DNA of 64,000 nucleotides from Octopus vulgaris (lineage: Eukaryota). The position numbers and the translations under genes are program-made. A model generated the notes under the pieces. The model did no database searches and had not been told where the DNA came from. It saw only the letters and a program-made list of their open reading frames with translations. Positions within the stretch are counted from its first letter, which is position 1. The number at the start of each line of letters is the position of its first letter. Below are positions 14,691 to 28,847 of this stretch, in pieces. The stretch covers positions 33,294,001-33,358,000 of the forward strand of contig OX597819.1 of the NCBI GenBank assembly GCA_951406725.2, in the 5' to 3' direction.

Positions 14691-15073
14691 AAAAACATAT
14701 AACTTAAAATAAAACTATATTAAAAAGATTTTTCGTTTGTATAACTCATCCCATAACAATTGTCTTTTATTCCTCCGCCTCCTCCTCTGTCCCTATGATT
14801 CTTTCTATCTTACTCTTTGTGAGTGTACGTGTGTATGTGTGCGCGGCATTCTTTTACTCTTTGCCTGCCATCAAGCCTCTTATGTGCATTCATCTTGCAC
14901 CCTTTATGTTAACTCTCACTGTATCTCTCTTTTATTCCGTCCCCCTTCTTTCTATAAGATGTGACGCTTGACACTGGAGATCATTACACCAACCAACCAA
15001 CCAACCAACAAACAAACAAACAAACAAACATTTATATTGGTTATTATTATATATTATTATATATAGAGATGAG

Positions 15074-15620
<547 letters not shown>

Positions 15621-16107
15621 TTGGCTACAATAATATTTCAACAGTCGAAAGAAGTTTTACTTTTGTTTCAAATGGGCGGTGGTGTGACTGATTTAAATTT
15701 CGCTTCGCAAACACGTTGTTTCGAGCTTGGTCTTATGAAGCGACACCTTGGGCTGATCAATGCTTTTTGAGTGAATAGACAGAAACTGTGTGGAAGACTG
15801 TCTGAGGAACTGTTCCTGCTTTTGGGTAAAAAGACTCAATTTGTTGCCATCAGATTCCTAGGCACTATGCGATGATATTAAACCAAACGACATATTCGGA
15901 CAAGTCTCTACTCTGAGAATAACTACCTCCCATTCTTTTATCAACCACAGAACCCCTAAATAGGGTCAAGTGAGCCGTACTTCATATTCGCACTAAGGAT
16001 CTTCTAAGGGTGAAAAAATCGTTTTAGGGTGCACAATGCTGATTTTTTATTCAGATTTTATCATTTTGTTGCTGGTTTCAGTCATTGAGGTAATAATTAA
16101 TTTAAAC

Positions 16108-16325
16108 CTTTCTACTAAAGGCACACGGCCTGACATTTGTTTGTGGGTGGGGACTAGTCGATTACATCGACTCCAGTATTCAACTGGTTCTTATTTCATT
16201 GACCCCGGTGGGATGAAAGGCAAAGTCGACTCGGTGGAATTTGAACTCACAACGTGAAGATGGACGAAATACAGTTATGCATTTCGCCCCCGGCGTGCTA
16301 ACAATTCTGCCAGCTCGCCGCCTTA
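16108..16325 (-). mobile_element. SINE family B, diverged
   Basis: Contains GGATGAAAGGCAAAGTCGAC..ATTTGAACTC..CTGCCAGCTCGCCGCCTT. Confidence 0.85.
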
Positions 16326-17337
16326 GTTTAACCCAATAACATAACTCGATAGAACTCGGAAGCATAAATAACAAAGTCAAAATTCCATTGACCCACACCT
16401 ACAATAAACCAGTTCAGAATGGATCAAACGCAACAACCACCATTTCACTCCACAAAATTCAATAAAGTTGGTACCCTATTGATGTATAGTTCTCTCCATA
16501 AAATGAAAGCACTTCAATAGATTTTCTTTGTTGGAGCAAACGCTTTGTGTGTAACAACTATTTACCTTTAACCTCATGAAGTATGGACTTTGAATGTTGT
16601 AAAACCTAGGATTTTTGAAGTGCCAGAAATGACTGCACCTTTTAATACATCTCAGGCGGAACCTATTTCTTTGCAGGATGGAAAATATAGGAACAAAGTA
16701 TATGAGAAATGAGCAACTACACAGTTACAGCTCAAGCTTTATACTTATCTTCATGGCCTGAAGATATTAAAACCATTGATTACCCAATGCTCCTTCTGTT
16801 TATGTTTAGTTTTAAGGCACTTTGCAAAGTTCATGCTACAGCGTCAGTGCCCCCCATCGACTCAACCATTTGCCATTAAAAATATGGCTGTGGCCTTTTT
16901 TTTTTTTTTTCTTAAGCATATTCAATACTTTGAAATCTTAGGGAGTAGAACTAAGATCGAAAATAACGAATATCATAAGAAGCAACGAATAAGGCAGTTA
17001 TGTTTTTAAAGACATTAATGGTAAAATAACTTTAGGTGAACGATTAACTTGAACGATTAACTGAAATTTACTCTCGATCAAGTTTCGATCCAACGTAGCA
17101 GTCAGTTAGTTCACTTATAATGTTATTCTCATAACGAAAGATATAAATGTCACAAGTGCACAGCAGAAAGCTACGTTAGATCACATGCTTGTATTGTGTA
17201 TGTTCGTATCAGTAGTCAGGTAAATGAAGTGCATTTATTTGTGAGTGCGCAAGAATTTGAGGTGGAGTAGTAAGTTAACAGTAAGCATCAAGTTTCACTC
17301 TTCATTGCTCTCTGCGCATGCATGTGACTCTGCACGC

Positions 17338-17373
<36 letters not shown>

Positions 17374-18974
17374 ACGTGTGCATATTTTTTTCCACTTTGT
17401 AACTTAATAAAGTAAAATAGAGGCATGTTTCATTGATGTATTCATGCAGCTCCAGTGAGACACTTCCACTGAGAAGCAGTGAACAATGTATGTTGTACAC
17501 ATAAAGGAAAAAGTTGAATGGATGGATGGATGGATGATGATGTAGATGGATGGGAAGAAAGAAAAATAAAGACAAGTGAAAGAAGAAGAAAAATCTAGAA
17601 AAAATTGTATAAATAAAGAAAAGGAAGAAATGAAAAGCTATAAAGAAAGGAGAGAAAAGAACAATAAAAGAAAAAATAGAAAACTAAAAACAAAAAAGAA
17701 GAAACATGAAAGAAAACGGAAAATAAGACATTTCAATTATATAATTCTTGTAGCATTTTCTGTATAGATAGTTCTTCATTTATGATTAGAACCGATTTAT
17801 AAGAAGGAAGGTAACATCAAAATGTGATTAGAATATGGCAGCAATGTAAGAGAACGCCAATAGTTTGGCGTTTTCAGACTATCTTAGACTAAATACATTT
17901 ACTTTGACAATGGTTTCGTAAGTTTTGTGACAGAGCCTTATTCAAAGAGCGATTAAACAAGCTTTGATGCCAGTGAATGTGGTGGCGGACACAGTGTGAA
18001 GACAATGGTGGTATTGGAGACAGTGACGGGGTAGGGGAATGGATGGGAGCAGTTGTAGTCTTGTTGCAAAGAACTGCGTTTTGTCAGTTTCCATATCTTT
18101 ACAAATACATTTGAAAGCGCTTAATATATATATTTACTCTGTCAAAAACAGCTTAAATGTATAAAACGTTGCAATGTGTGTGTGTATTGGAATGGTCTAT
18201 CAAACAGCTTGACTGGAAGATACATATTGCAACTGATTTTGCAGATTCAACATCCATAATCATCATCAATACCATCATCATCGACAATAAGGAATTACAG
18301 CAACAACAACAAGGTGGGAGTTTAATTGGTGGAACTTCAGAGTGAAATTGAATTTGGCTGATTAAGTTGGCAGATATTTCTGTTAGTAGTGTACAGTTCT
18401 GAGTTCCAATCACACAGGAGTTAATTATACTTATTTTCCATTTCTTTTTTTTTCTTCTTTTTTTTTACCATGATATTAATAAAATAGTACCGGGCTCATA
18501 TAAGAATGGAATCTACAGTCACGCCGGAACATTTAGTACTAGACAATCGTTGGAACTTTCCATTGACATTTATCTCATCATCCTTTAAGAAATGATGGTG
18601 AAGAAGAAGAAGAAGAAGAAGAAGAAGAAGAAGAAGAAGAAGAAGAAGAAGAAGAAGAAGAAGAAGAAGAAGAAGAAACTGAGAAACTGTAGCTCACTCC
18701 ACTTGGTTGTAAATCGGTAAGATCTGTTGTGAAGTACCCACAGTATGGTATAATTGACGACTGTTTCGTTAGTTCACATCAAATACAAGGTTGGAATTCT
18801 TTTAAAAGAAGCGAACAAGACAATATGGAATGATCCCACAAGACCAGGACTGATCTGCATTCAGATAACGGCAAAATGAACGACAATTTTAGATTGGTAA
18901 CTAAAATTCTCTAAAATTGTCTAATACGGTAGGAATATATGCATACCTACACAAGTGTGTCCCTCGCCGACTTT

Positions 18975-19810
18975 GTTTCTTCATAATTTTCAGAAAAATA
19001 GGTATTTTTTATGAAATTTTCTGTGAATACCATTCAGATGGTGTAAATTACGATTATTTCGGAATTTAATTTGAAAAAAAAAAAAAATGATGTCTGTGCT
19101 CACATACATACTGACACACATCATAAATCTGCTTGTAAAATTTCTAGTTTCATTTTGTAGGTCTATGTGTGATGCGTGCTAGTATGTATGTATGCGTGAC
19201 GATAATTTTTTATTTTTTTATTTTTTTTTATTTTATCCTATTAATTCCGATATAATCATAATCGTGGAGGCGCAATGGCCCAGTGGTTCGGGCAGCGGAC
19301 TCGCGATTGTAGGATAGCGGTTTCGATTCCCAGACCGGGCATTGTGAGTGTTTATTGAGCAAAAACACTTAAAGCTCCACGCGGCTCCGGCAGGGGATGG
19401 TGGCGATCCATGCTGTACTCTTTCGCCACAACTTTCTCTCGCTCTTTCTTCTGTTGGCCTGCTCGCTTAGCCAGCGAGGTGGCGTCATTTGAAGGCTAAA
19501 GCGAATTGTGATCAGCGATGTATAGCAACATCTGATAGCCTGGTCGGTCACGGTGATCACGGTGATAATCATAATTTATACCAACTGAAAGGAATTTGTA
19601 GAAAATTTCATAAAATTGATACCCATTTTTCTGAAAGTTAGAAGGAAGCAAGTTTGATTCGTGTGAATTTTCCGAACCTCCTCTCCCCTTTTTCTGGAAA
19701 ATTTTTTACACAACAAATTCTAATATAATCACAATATACATATAATCTGAAACGTATTTGTAGAAACGTTCATATAGAAAAATAAAATGCTTTTTTTCTG
19801 AAAGTTATGA
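18975..19810. mobile_element. Old fold-back/MITE remnant hosting a SINE
   Basis: 18975-19070 is a diverged reverse complement of 19240-19262 joined to 19565-19645, with a further copy at 19715-19810. Confidence 0.5.
19264..19564 (+). mobile_element. SINE family A (tail type 2) with 11-bp TSD ATAATCATAAT
   Basis: tRNA-derived head GTGGAGGCGCAATGGCCCAGTGG..GGTTTCGATTCC; tail ends GGTCGGTCACGGTGATCACGGTG. Confidence 0.92.
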
Positions 19811-19960
19811 GAAAAAAAATGAGTAACGGTGCGATGAACGGCCGTCCCATCCAGCTGGGGAACACAAGCGCCATTGAAACCGGGAAACCGGGCCCATGAC
19901 TCTGGCTAGGCTTTAAAAGGGCGCATTTATTTATTTTTTATGTATATATATATATAAGAT

Positions 19961-20343
19961 GTGGAGGTGCAATGGCCCAGTGGTTAGGGCAGCGAACTCG
20001 CGGTCATAGAATCGCGGTTTCGATTCCCAGGCCGGGCGTTGTGTGTGTTTATTGAGCGAAAACACCTAAAGCTCCACGAGGCTCCGGCAGGGGGTGGTGG
20101 CGACCTCTGTTGTACTCTTTCGCTCCAACTTTCTCTCACTCTTTCTTCCTGTTTCTTGTCCCCGACTTCCTACGCAACCGCTGAGCCTGGATGCGCATTC
20201 ATCCATCCGTCGATGGTGTCGGTGTCGGGAGTTGACCTGCTTTCTCTTCTGCGGGTCTTACGAATAGCAAAGGACCACGTTTCGGACTTCTCCCAAGGGA
20301 CGAAGACCGATTCGCTCAACAAACAAACAAACAAACAAACAAA
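19961..20343 (+). mobile_element. SINE family A (tail type 3) with (AAAC)n end
   Basis: Same head and core as the other family A copies, with a different 3' part from about 20157. Confidence 0.85.
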
Positions 20344-20987
20344 GCGGCAACAGCAGCCGTTCAAGAATTTTGACCCGGAGATCTCCATTTCCAGCGACTT
20401 CGAGGGCCACCTCCCAGTGGTGTCGGCCGTCAACAAAGAGCTCTCAACTACAACAAGACGACCAAAGTTTTTTTTTTTCCAAAGTCTGGGGGTCACCCGC
20501 CCCTAAACCCTAGACCATCACCTAATCACCCTTACCCGTCTTGTTGCTTAACAACAACAACAACAACAACAGCAGCAGCAGCAGCAGCAGCAACGACAAC
20601 AATAACAACGACAGCAACGTCAGAATGAAGAAGAACAATGACAATTAATAGTAGCTTTTGTCGTGTCTGTCATAGCAAAACTAATAATCATCGGCCTGAT
20701 TTATTTCCAGAAATGCAAAGAGGATTTGCGTATAATTAATTTCTGCTTTCGTAAGCAGCAGAAGTTGTAAAAGAGAACGGAAAAATAAAAGAGTTTTCTG
20801 CATAACCGAATGAAAATGTTTACTTGCAAAGCCAGTGACTGCAGCAACGATTGTGTTGCTCAATTCATTTATATCTGTTATAGTCGGGGAATGTTGCTAG
20901 CAGTGAGTTATAATATATCATTGGTTTCATACTGGAATAGTGGAAAACATCAATCACGTTTTTCTCCTTCTACCTCTATTTCTCTTT

Positions 20988-21024
<37 letters not shown>

Positions 21025-21211
21025 CTCCTTCCTCTTTGTTTCACACTCTTTCTCTAACACCACCTCTCTCTTTCTCTCTCTCATTTTCGTATTTTCTTTT
21101 TTTTTTCCTGACTTTACTTTCCATTTATCTTCCTACATTTCCATCTCAGCTTTCTCTTACTTTACCCCTATCAATAATCTATACTCACACGCGCACGCAT
21201 GCACACACACG

Positions 21212-21340
<129 letters not shown>

Positions 21341-22719
21341 CAAAATCCGAAGTCATCTTGTTTCTGCAGACAGTCGTTTGCTGCGAACGACTTCATTCTC
21401 TTCTCAGTTCAATTAATAAACCTGCTGAGCTAAGCAATTAGATAAGTTATCAATATCAATGCGGACGTTATTCCTTAGATGTCTTTCCTATATAAGTTAA
21501 GAGAGTACTCAGTAATATACGCAAAAAATTCTCAATTAATTGATATGTTCCTCTTTGTAGGAGAAAGAAATCAACAAGTCTAGCGGTAATTGTTGACGAC
21601 TCTCAAAGAAAAGGGGAGATAATTTTAAGAAATTAAGAGTTAATTTCACAAAATTAATTTGACATACTTAGTGGGGGGAAGTCTTATCTTTGTTACTGGC
21701 AAGGGAGAAAAACTATGGACATGTTCAGGCCAAATTGAACCTCAATATAGTCTACACAAGCCTTCTTTAATCAATTGACAATGTTGGCCATAATATAAGC
21801 CACAACCTCTTCTCTACATACAAATTCACTATATGCTTTTGCTCATACATTCACTCATTCACTTCCCAATGAAATAATAACGATCATTTTCATCATCATT
21901 ATCGTCTGGTCGTTATCATCCTCCACATCGTCAACTAAATCAAATGGCAACTATAACGTCGCCAGAGGCTCGGAAGTTAGTTTTGAATTTGAAGAACAAT
22001 GAACGATAACAGTAAAGAATACGATGCACTGTAATACTGTGAAAACGAATAACATCTTATATATTTATTCGAAGCAAATACAAATAGATGTCGCCATTGG
22101 TAACAACACTAGCCAAATTTAAACAGACTGTGTTATATATGTCTTATGAAATTTTCAATAGAGATTTGTTTGTTGTTTATCGACATAACTAGAAGTTGCA
22201 AATTGTGAATGGGACTAGAGTTTGGATTAGAAGTCAGCTGTGTGTTCAGGAAAGTATTACTTATTTGCTTTATATGAAAAACCGATATCTTATATAGGAA
22301 TGTGTTATTAATGCTTCTTATATTGGCACAAGAGTATGCACTTGTAGATAATTAAGCACCAATACACTTAATACGGCCGGATTTAGCTTTAATTAATCCT
22401 AATGATACCTGAGATAAACATTGCGGGATGGTTGATGAGAACAACTAAATAAAGTCAAGCGAAGTAACTCAAATAACAAGAAGACTTAATATTGCTTTAA
22501 ACAAGCTGTTGCACCGAAATCTCGATTAATTAAAATAGATAACGTGGTGAGGAGAACAATAATTTTTGATTATTTATTTTAACGGATTGCTGTATAATTA
22601 GTTAAACAAACCAAGGTGTATGCCTCATATTAATTTCATAGAACGCAGATATATGAAATGCATTGTCATGTCTGGTGGTTATTATGACTCAGAACATAAG
22701 AAACAAAATACTGTAATGC

Positions 22720-23085
22720 ATTTAGTCCCTCCCACTATAGCAATTTTTACTACTCTACCTAATTTTATCCCGACCATTACAGCAGTTCCTGCGGCTCTAC
22801 TTCAATTAGTTCCACCCACTGTTGTAATTTCTGCCATTCAATATAATTTAGTCCCGCCTTCTACAGTAATTTCTGTTTCTCCACCTCATTTGGCCCAGTA
22901 GTTTCTGCTGCCCTACCTCACTTAGTCCCTCCCAGTACAGTAGTTTCTGCTACACCATGTATCATCTGCTCCTCCCATTACTGTAGTTTCTGCCACACCA
23001 TATATCCTCTGCTCCTCCCATTACAGTAGTTTCTGCTGCTCCGCCACGCTTAGTCCCTCCCACTACAATAGTTTCTGCTACTCCG
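22720..23085. repeat. Degenerate ~42-bp minisatellite
   Basis: Recurring TTAGTCCCTCCCACTACAGTAGTTTCTGCT; seen as LVPPT repeats in ORF 22620-22901. Confidence 0.8.
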
Positions 23086-24839
23086 TTCCATTTTTGTGAT
23101 ATATTCTAAATAGATTTAATGAATACTGCACAACAAATCCTAATCATCTGGGAGATATGCAGTTTCGATTCTGATTTTCAGTTTATTCCCTATCTCTAAC
23201 ACCACCCAAATGAAGCAAACACAACGCCAATATTGCCATTTTCCTATGAATGCGTAGACTTCGTTTCAATTCCACTTGTCGGAATGCCTAATAAATAGAT
23301 TTCAGCTCACAATGAAGCGCGCACTGACTTGAAATAAATTACTCTATTGTAACATAAATTATTCTGTTATAACAGTCGATATCTACTGCCCAGTATCATA
23401 ACAAGCAATAAACCAATACTATGCTAAGTTCAAGTCTAACAGTCTTGCTATCTCGAATGATACTGTAATAGATTGTAGTACGATATTGAACAATTAAACA
23501 AACACCAGCCAAATACTTTAATTGGCTTCGCTTGTTATTGGAAGAAGCTTTAACAATGCCGCTACTAGCCCAATTCTCAAGTGGAGTTCGGTACGTTCGT
23601 AAGCATAACGCATCTGTCTACTTGCTTTTATAATAGTGATAAATTCAGATGAGACAGCTACGGCTTTGCTCCTTCCAACATGGATTTAATTAGTAAAAGC
23701 ATTTGATGAAAATGTCAAGATACTATTGTGATAACAGTGAGAGAGACTTAATGCATTGTATAGGATTTCTCATTTACCTCAGATGTCGTTTGATAGTGGA
23801 CAAGACATATTATACTAGTACAGTTAACTTGAAGCATTGATTTGAGTCATTTTGAAAAGTTCATGGAAGTCACGACATTTCCTTACCATTGCAGCTAAAT
23901 ATGTTACAATTTGTATGTCGTACCAAAGAAGTGTCTCTATAAATCATGGGCAAACTGGCCCGCGAGACTCTCCTATGACACTCCTAGCGAAAAATTATCT
24001 TGAATTATTTTAGTAGTGCGGCTCGCTTGATGATGAACCATGGCTCATGCAGCCGCGTCTTGAAAAGGTCACTCATGCCTGGTTGTCGCTCGGCTAAAAG
24101 AAATAGCAACCAAATCACCTTTAAATCACATCACATTTTAGATTTTTTTTAAAATGTAAAAAGATCTCCGTTAGTTCCAAAGGTGATATTCCAGTAATTC
24201 GGCCGAAGTAATCCATTGGATTATAGCATAAATGACTGAGTATACCAAATACTGTTGAACCTTTAACATATTCCTCAGTCAGAATTAATATAATATATTG
24301 TGTGACAATGCTGGACCTATGAACGGAATGTATTTCACAAACACATGTACTCTTAACATAGATTTTCGAGAAGGATCAGTGAGACAATGTGTGACAAGGT
24401 TAGTTATTTGAATTACAGGTACAATCCATCCAACATTATGAGGCATTACGAATGGAATCAAACTTCTTAACCATACAGCTATACTGTGTTCATTGGGTAG
24501 CGTAAACTTTAATATACAAAGTCAGAAAAAATGGGATGTTCATTTCTAGAACGCTATTGATTTTAGGTCTACTTGATGATAGTCACCATCATACTAAACA
24601 ACGAAAAAGACAGGATGGTCTCTGATGGAACGGATTTCACCATAGCTTTATTCGGTGATTGTTTAACTAAAAGCGATTATTTTAAAAATATTTCATTTCA
24701 TATTCTGAAAGCTCATTATACAGATTATTTAATATTAATAGTTAGATGACTTCTCCATAAACAGTATTCCTAGTCAAGCTTCTCTTTTCGGCCTTATGTC
24801 TCTTTCCGGCTGTGTGGTTGCGTTCTTTTTGATCTGCAA

Positions 24840-26200
24840 ATATTCTCCGACTTTTGAATCTCAGTTACTCTACTGATGGCAATATATGATTGTCCGTGTT
24901 TGAACACTGCAGTTGAAAGATACAATTCTCACCTCTTTAAACTTTGTCCTTGATGCTTATTTATCGACATAACAAAAGCAGAGCTTATAAGGAATTACAA
25001 TCTTCTTAAAGTGAATGGGAAATCAGAGAGAAAGGAAGCTGATAGTTGAAGAGAAATCCAAAGAACCATTAGCACCATTCCTGCATCAGAGCTGCTAAGT
25101 TTGCTGGCAGTCAGTATATTGTCAGTAGAGATGAGGACTGTGTATCGTCTACAATTTCAGTGGCCTTTTCTGTGGTCTAAGTATAGAAGAAACATTAGTG
25201 GATCTTTTATCTTGATTTTGACGATATGAGAATGTGGACAGCTTATATTTAATGAATTCCAAAACTGTATCATGAAAAAAAAACAAGTTGAATTTCTTCT
25301 ACCATCGAGTCAACCGTTCTTAGTATCATCACTTTTCCGGAGTTTATTCAAAATGTCTTTGTTTAGTTGATCAACTCCATTATTTCGTTTTTGTTTTTTT
25401 GTTGTTTGGTGATTTTAAAATAGCTCTTGAAGACATCTGTTGTCCTTTTTTAAAGTGAGGTGATACCTCGGGATAAACAAACTGAACCAAATCTTTCTGA
25501 ATTTAGGAAGGACGGAATCTAGCTGGTGTCTGGGAAAAGTGTGTCATTAATAATACTAGAATCTTTCCATCGCCCAGTTCCTGCACCAATTTTCATAGTG
25601 CTTCACCTGATTCAATGCAACAAACTTACTGTTGTTAAAAAGAATTGAGAACTCTTATATTTGGTTGAGTTTGCAAAACTTCGCATTCATGTAATTTCCT
25701 TACGATTGCCACCATGTCTTCGTTGTGCTTTGTCATATATTTCAGACTGCTTGCAAATGAATTTGGGAGACCATATCATCTCCCACTGCAGACAATGCAA
25801 CAAAATTATTGTTGTTAAAAAGAATTGAGAACTCTTATATTTGGTTGAGTATGCAAAACTTCGCATTCACTCTAATTGGACTCACATAGCCATTAAATTT
25901 CCGAAACGCCAGATCTGAAATTTTGTAAAGTTGCTGTTGCTTCAGTTTGAAAACTCATGTTGTTATATGAGGGCAATCAATGGAAGTTTGATCTGCACCA
26001 AATCCTCTGGTAATTTTTTCCTTCTTTCGATGCAAGTAAATGTCACAAGTGTTAATTTTTGTAATTTCCTTACGATTGCCACCATGTCTTCGTCGTGCTT
26101 TGTCATATATTTCAGACTGCTTGCAAATGAATTTGGGAGACCATATCATCTCCCACTCCAGACAGTATCACCTCCAATGATTTTATCTGCCTGACCATTG
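24840..26200 (-). pseudogene. Decayed, internally deleted Helitron Rep-helicase (HUH Rep plus PIF1-like helicase)
   Basis: Manual translation gives DFPFTLRRL*FLISSAFVMSINKHQGQSLKR*ELYLSTAVFKHGQSYIAISRV (about 25025-24860; PIF1 motifs V/VI). It also gives LPNSFASSLKYMTKHDEDMVAIVRKLQKLTLVTFTC..VFKLK (about 26140-25940; Rep region). Confidence 0.85.
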
Positions 26201-26277
26201 TACAAATCTACTCGAAGGGTCTACTGACTATTTCGAGCACATTACAAAGAAGTAAATTGAGTTGTGTACATTAGTCT

Positions 26278-26531
26278 CTCTCTTTACTTGTTTCATTCAT
26301 GTGACTTTGGCCGTGCTGGAGCACCGCCTTTAGTCGAGCAAATCGACCCCAGGACTTATTCTTTGTAAGCCTAGTACTTATTCTGTCGGTTTCTTTTGCC
26401 GAACCACTAAGTTACGGGGGCGTAAACACACCACCATCGGTTGTCAAGCGATGTTGGGGAGACAAACACAGACACACAAACACAAACACACACTCATAAA
26501 CACACACAGAGACACAGACACACACACACAA

Positions 26532-26600
<69 letters not shown>

Positions 26601-26757
26601 CAACGGGCTTCTTTCAGTTTCTGTCTACCAAATCCACTCACAAGGCTTTGGTCGGTCCGAGGCTATAGTAGAAGACACTTGCTCAAGGTGCCACGCAATG
26701 GGACTGAACCCGGAACCATGTGGTTCGTAAGCAAGCTACTTGCCGCACAGCCACTCC
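26278..26757 (-). mobile_element. SINE family C (tRNA-derived, internal AT/GT microsatellite)
   Basis: Head GGAGTGGCTGTGCGGCAAGTAGCTTGC..CCGGGTTCAGTCCC; 3' end GGCGGTGCTCCAGCACGGCC. Confidence 0.92.
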
Positions 26758-26894
26758 AAAGCATAGTCTACACAAAACTTTTGCAATAAACGGTGTCTAT
26801 GATACAATATATTATCCAATCCAGCTTCAATATCCGAAAGAATAAAACTGAAGACATTTTCCTTTTCTGTCGCTTCTTTGGCTTAGTATATCTG

Positions 26895-27106
26895 TTTCAA
26901 ATTTTGGTACAACACCAACAATTTCGGGGAAGGAGTGAGTCGATTACATCGACCCCAGTGATGAACTGGTACTTATTTTATCCACTCCAAATTGATGAAA
27001 TACAAAGTCAACCTCGGTTGAATTTGGACCCAGAACGTAAAGACGGATGAAAATGCCGCTAAGCATTTTGCTTGGCGTGCCATCGATTCTGCTAGCGTGC
27101 CGCCTT
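26895..27106 (-). mobile_element. SINE family B, diverged
   Basis: Contains GTCGATTACATCGACCCCAGTG..AACTGGTACTTATTT. Confidence 0.8.
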
Positions 27107-27867
27107 CTTTGGCTTAGTATATCGAGTTGCCATCAATCTAAGCCATCGAGAAAAAACATGGATACATCATATAGAGAGTCAAATATTTGATGAAAATCCT
27201 TAAGTATTTGAAGAAATTGGTTATTGCTGTTTGCTTGAAACTTACCATCATTCTTACCCACTGACGAGTTTCCTAATCGGTACCAGGTATCAGTACAGCA
27301 AGTTTGTTGCATGTAGACATATTATCCTTCTGAAGTGTTTGCCATCGGATATTTTACCTGCATGTAATTCAATAACAACATTTTTTTTTTGTATTGTGTC
27401 AGCCTCTATTTATTTCGTACAGGCAAAGATTATTGCTAATACGTCTTGTTAGCTCTGAAACTATTGGAGACTGATGAGTACAGAAAGTTACAGCATCATT
27501 TTCCCTCCCTTTATCTGTAATTTATCTCTCTTTCTCTCTCTCTCCCTTTGCTGTTAAATTTGTTCTTAAGAATATTAAAAGTATTTTTTGAAATGTTTTG
27601 CCTCTGGTGAATCAAATATGAACAATTAATGTACTTCATTGAGTAAATCTAATACTTCAGGAATATGGATTAAACCAGATTTCGCTACAAATTCTAAATT
27701 CAAAATAGGCCAACATTCTTTCATTAAACTCTTCCATGAACACTAGAGCGCTACATTGAAAGCATGTCACGTCAATTGAGTCACAAATACCTCGGGTTAC
27801 ATTGATATCTACTTCCAGAGCTGAGTCCACGACTGGCTGTCTTGAAACATTCAACATCCATCTTTGT

Positions 27868-28139
27868 AAGGCGGCGAGCTGGCAGAAACGTTAGCACGTC
27901 GGGCGAAATGCTTAGTGGTATTTCGTCTGTCGCTACGCTCTGAGTTCAAATTCCGCCGAGGTCGACTTTGCCTTTCATCCTTTCGGGGTCGATTAAATAA
28001 GTACCAGTTACGCACTGGGGTCGATATAATCGACTTAATCCCTTTGTCTGTCCTTGTTTTTCCTCTCTGTGTTTAGCCCCTTGTGGGTAGTAAAGAAATA
28101 GATATTAATAAAGAAATGATTCATAAAAATAAAGAAATG
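27868..28139 (+). mobile_element. SINE family B with 19-bp TSD ATTCAACATCCATCTTTGT
   Basis: Starts AAGGCGGCGAGCTGGCAGAAACGTTAGC with B box GAGTTCAAATTCC; TSD at 27849-27867 and 28140-28158. Confidence 0.93.
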
Positions 28140-28459
28140 ATTCAACATCCATCTTTGTCTAATTTGACGATTAATTCTGTTTTGCGCAATCAATTGTTGT
28201 CTTTTTTCCTAGGAAGGTTCTGATGAACTCTTCTAGGTTGTTCAGCATTTTGAGCTCAGACGAGTTCTTGCTGCTTTTGAGAAAGTTGTTCTCGTGCTTG
28301 CTTGTGCCGCGCAGTATTTTGAACTGAGATGCTCAATGTTTTTGTTGTTCTCGTCCTTGTCTTCGTCCAGCATTCGCTTACAATTTTTCTTTTTTCTTTT
28401 TTTGTGTCCATTCTGTTTCGTTCATTCTCTGTCTCCTTGTAGTCTGTTGTATTCTTGGT

Positions 28460-28847
28460 GCGGAGGTGCAATGGCCCAGTGGTTAGGGCAGCGGACTCGC
28501 GGTCGTAGGATCGCGGTTTCGATTCCCAGACCGGGCGTTGTGAGTGTTTATTGAGCGAAAACACCTAAAGCTCCACGAGGCTCCGGCAGAGGATGGTGGT
28601 GATCCCTGCTGTACTCTTTCACCACAACTTTCTCTAACTCTTACTTCCTGTTTCTGTTGTACCTGTATTTCAAAGGGCCGGCCTTGTTACTCTCTGTGTC
28701 ACGCTGAATCTCCCTGAGAACTACGTTAAGGGTACACGTGTCTGTGGAGTGCTCAGCCACTTACACGTTAATTTCACGAGCAGGCTGTTCCGTTGATTCG
28801 GATCAACCGGAACCCTCGTCGTCGTAACCGACGGAGTGCTTCCACAC
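28460..28847 (+). mobile_element. SINE family A (tail type 1) with 12-bp TSD TGTATTCTTGGT
   Basis: Complete head, core and tail ending AACCGACGGAGTGCTTCCA. Confidence 0.95.

Noticed and set aside
22620-23700. Possible mucin-like or viral pseudogene
   Set aside because: The ORF derives from a minisatellite, and the downstream frame I translated is full of stops with no recognisable motif.
27471-27495. CTGATGAGTACAGAAAG
   Set aside because: No stem II or flanking stems; a chance match.
27600-28450. Possible decayed LINE ORF1 on the minus strand
   Set aside because: The composition is coding-like but no diagnostic motif could be read.
28460-28532. tRNA gene-like sequences at SINE starts
   Set aside because: They continue into SINE bodies with TSDs and lack a proper acceptor stem and terminator.
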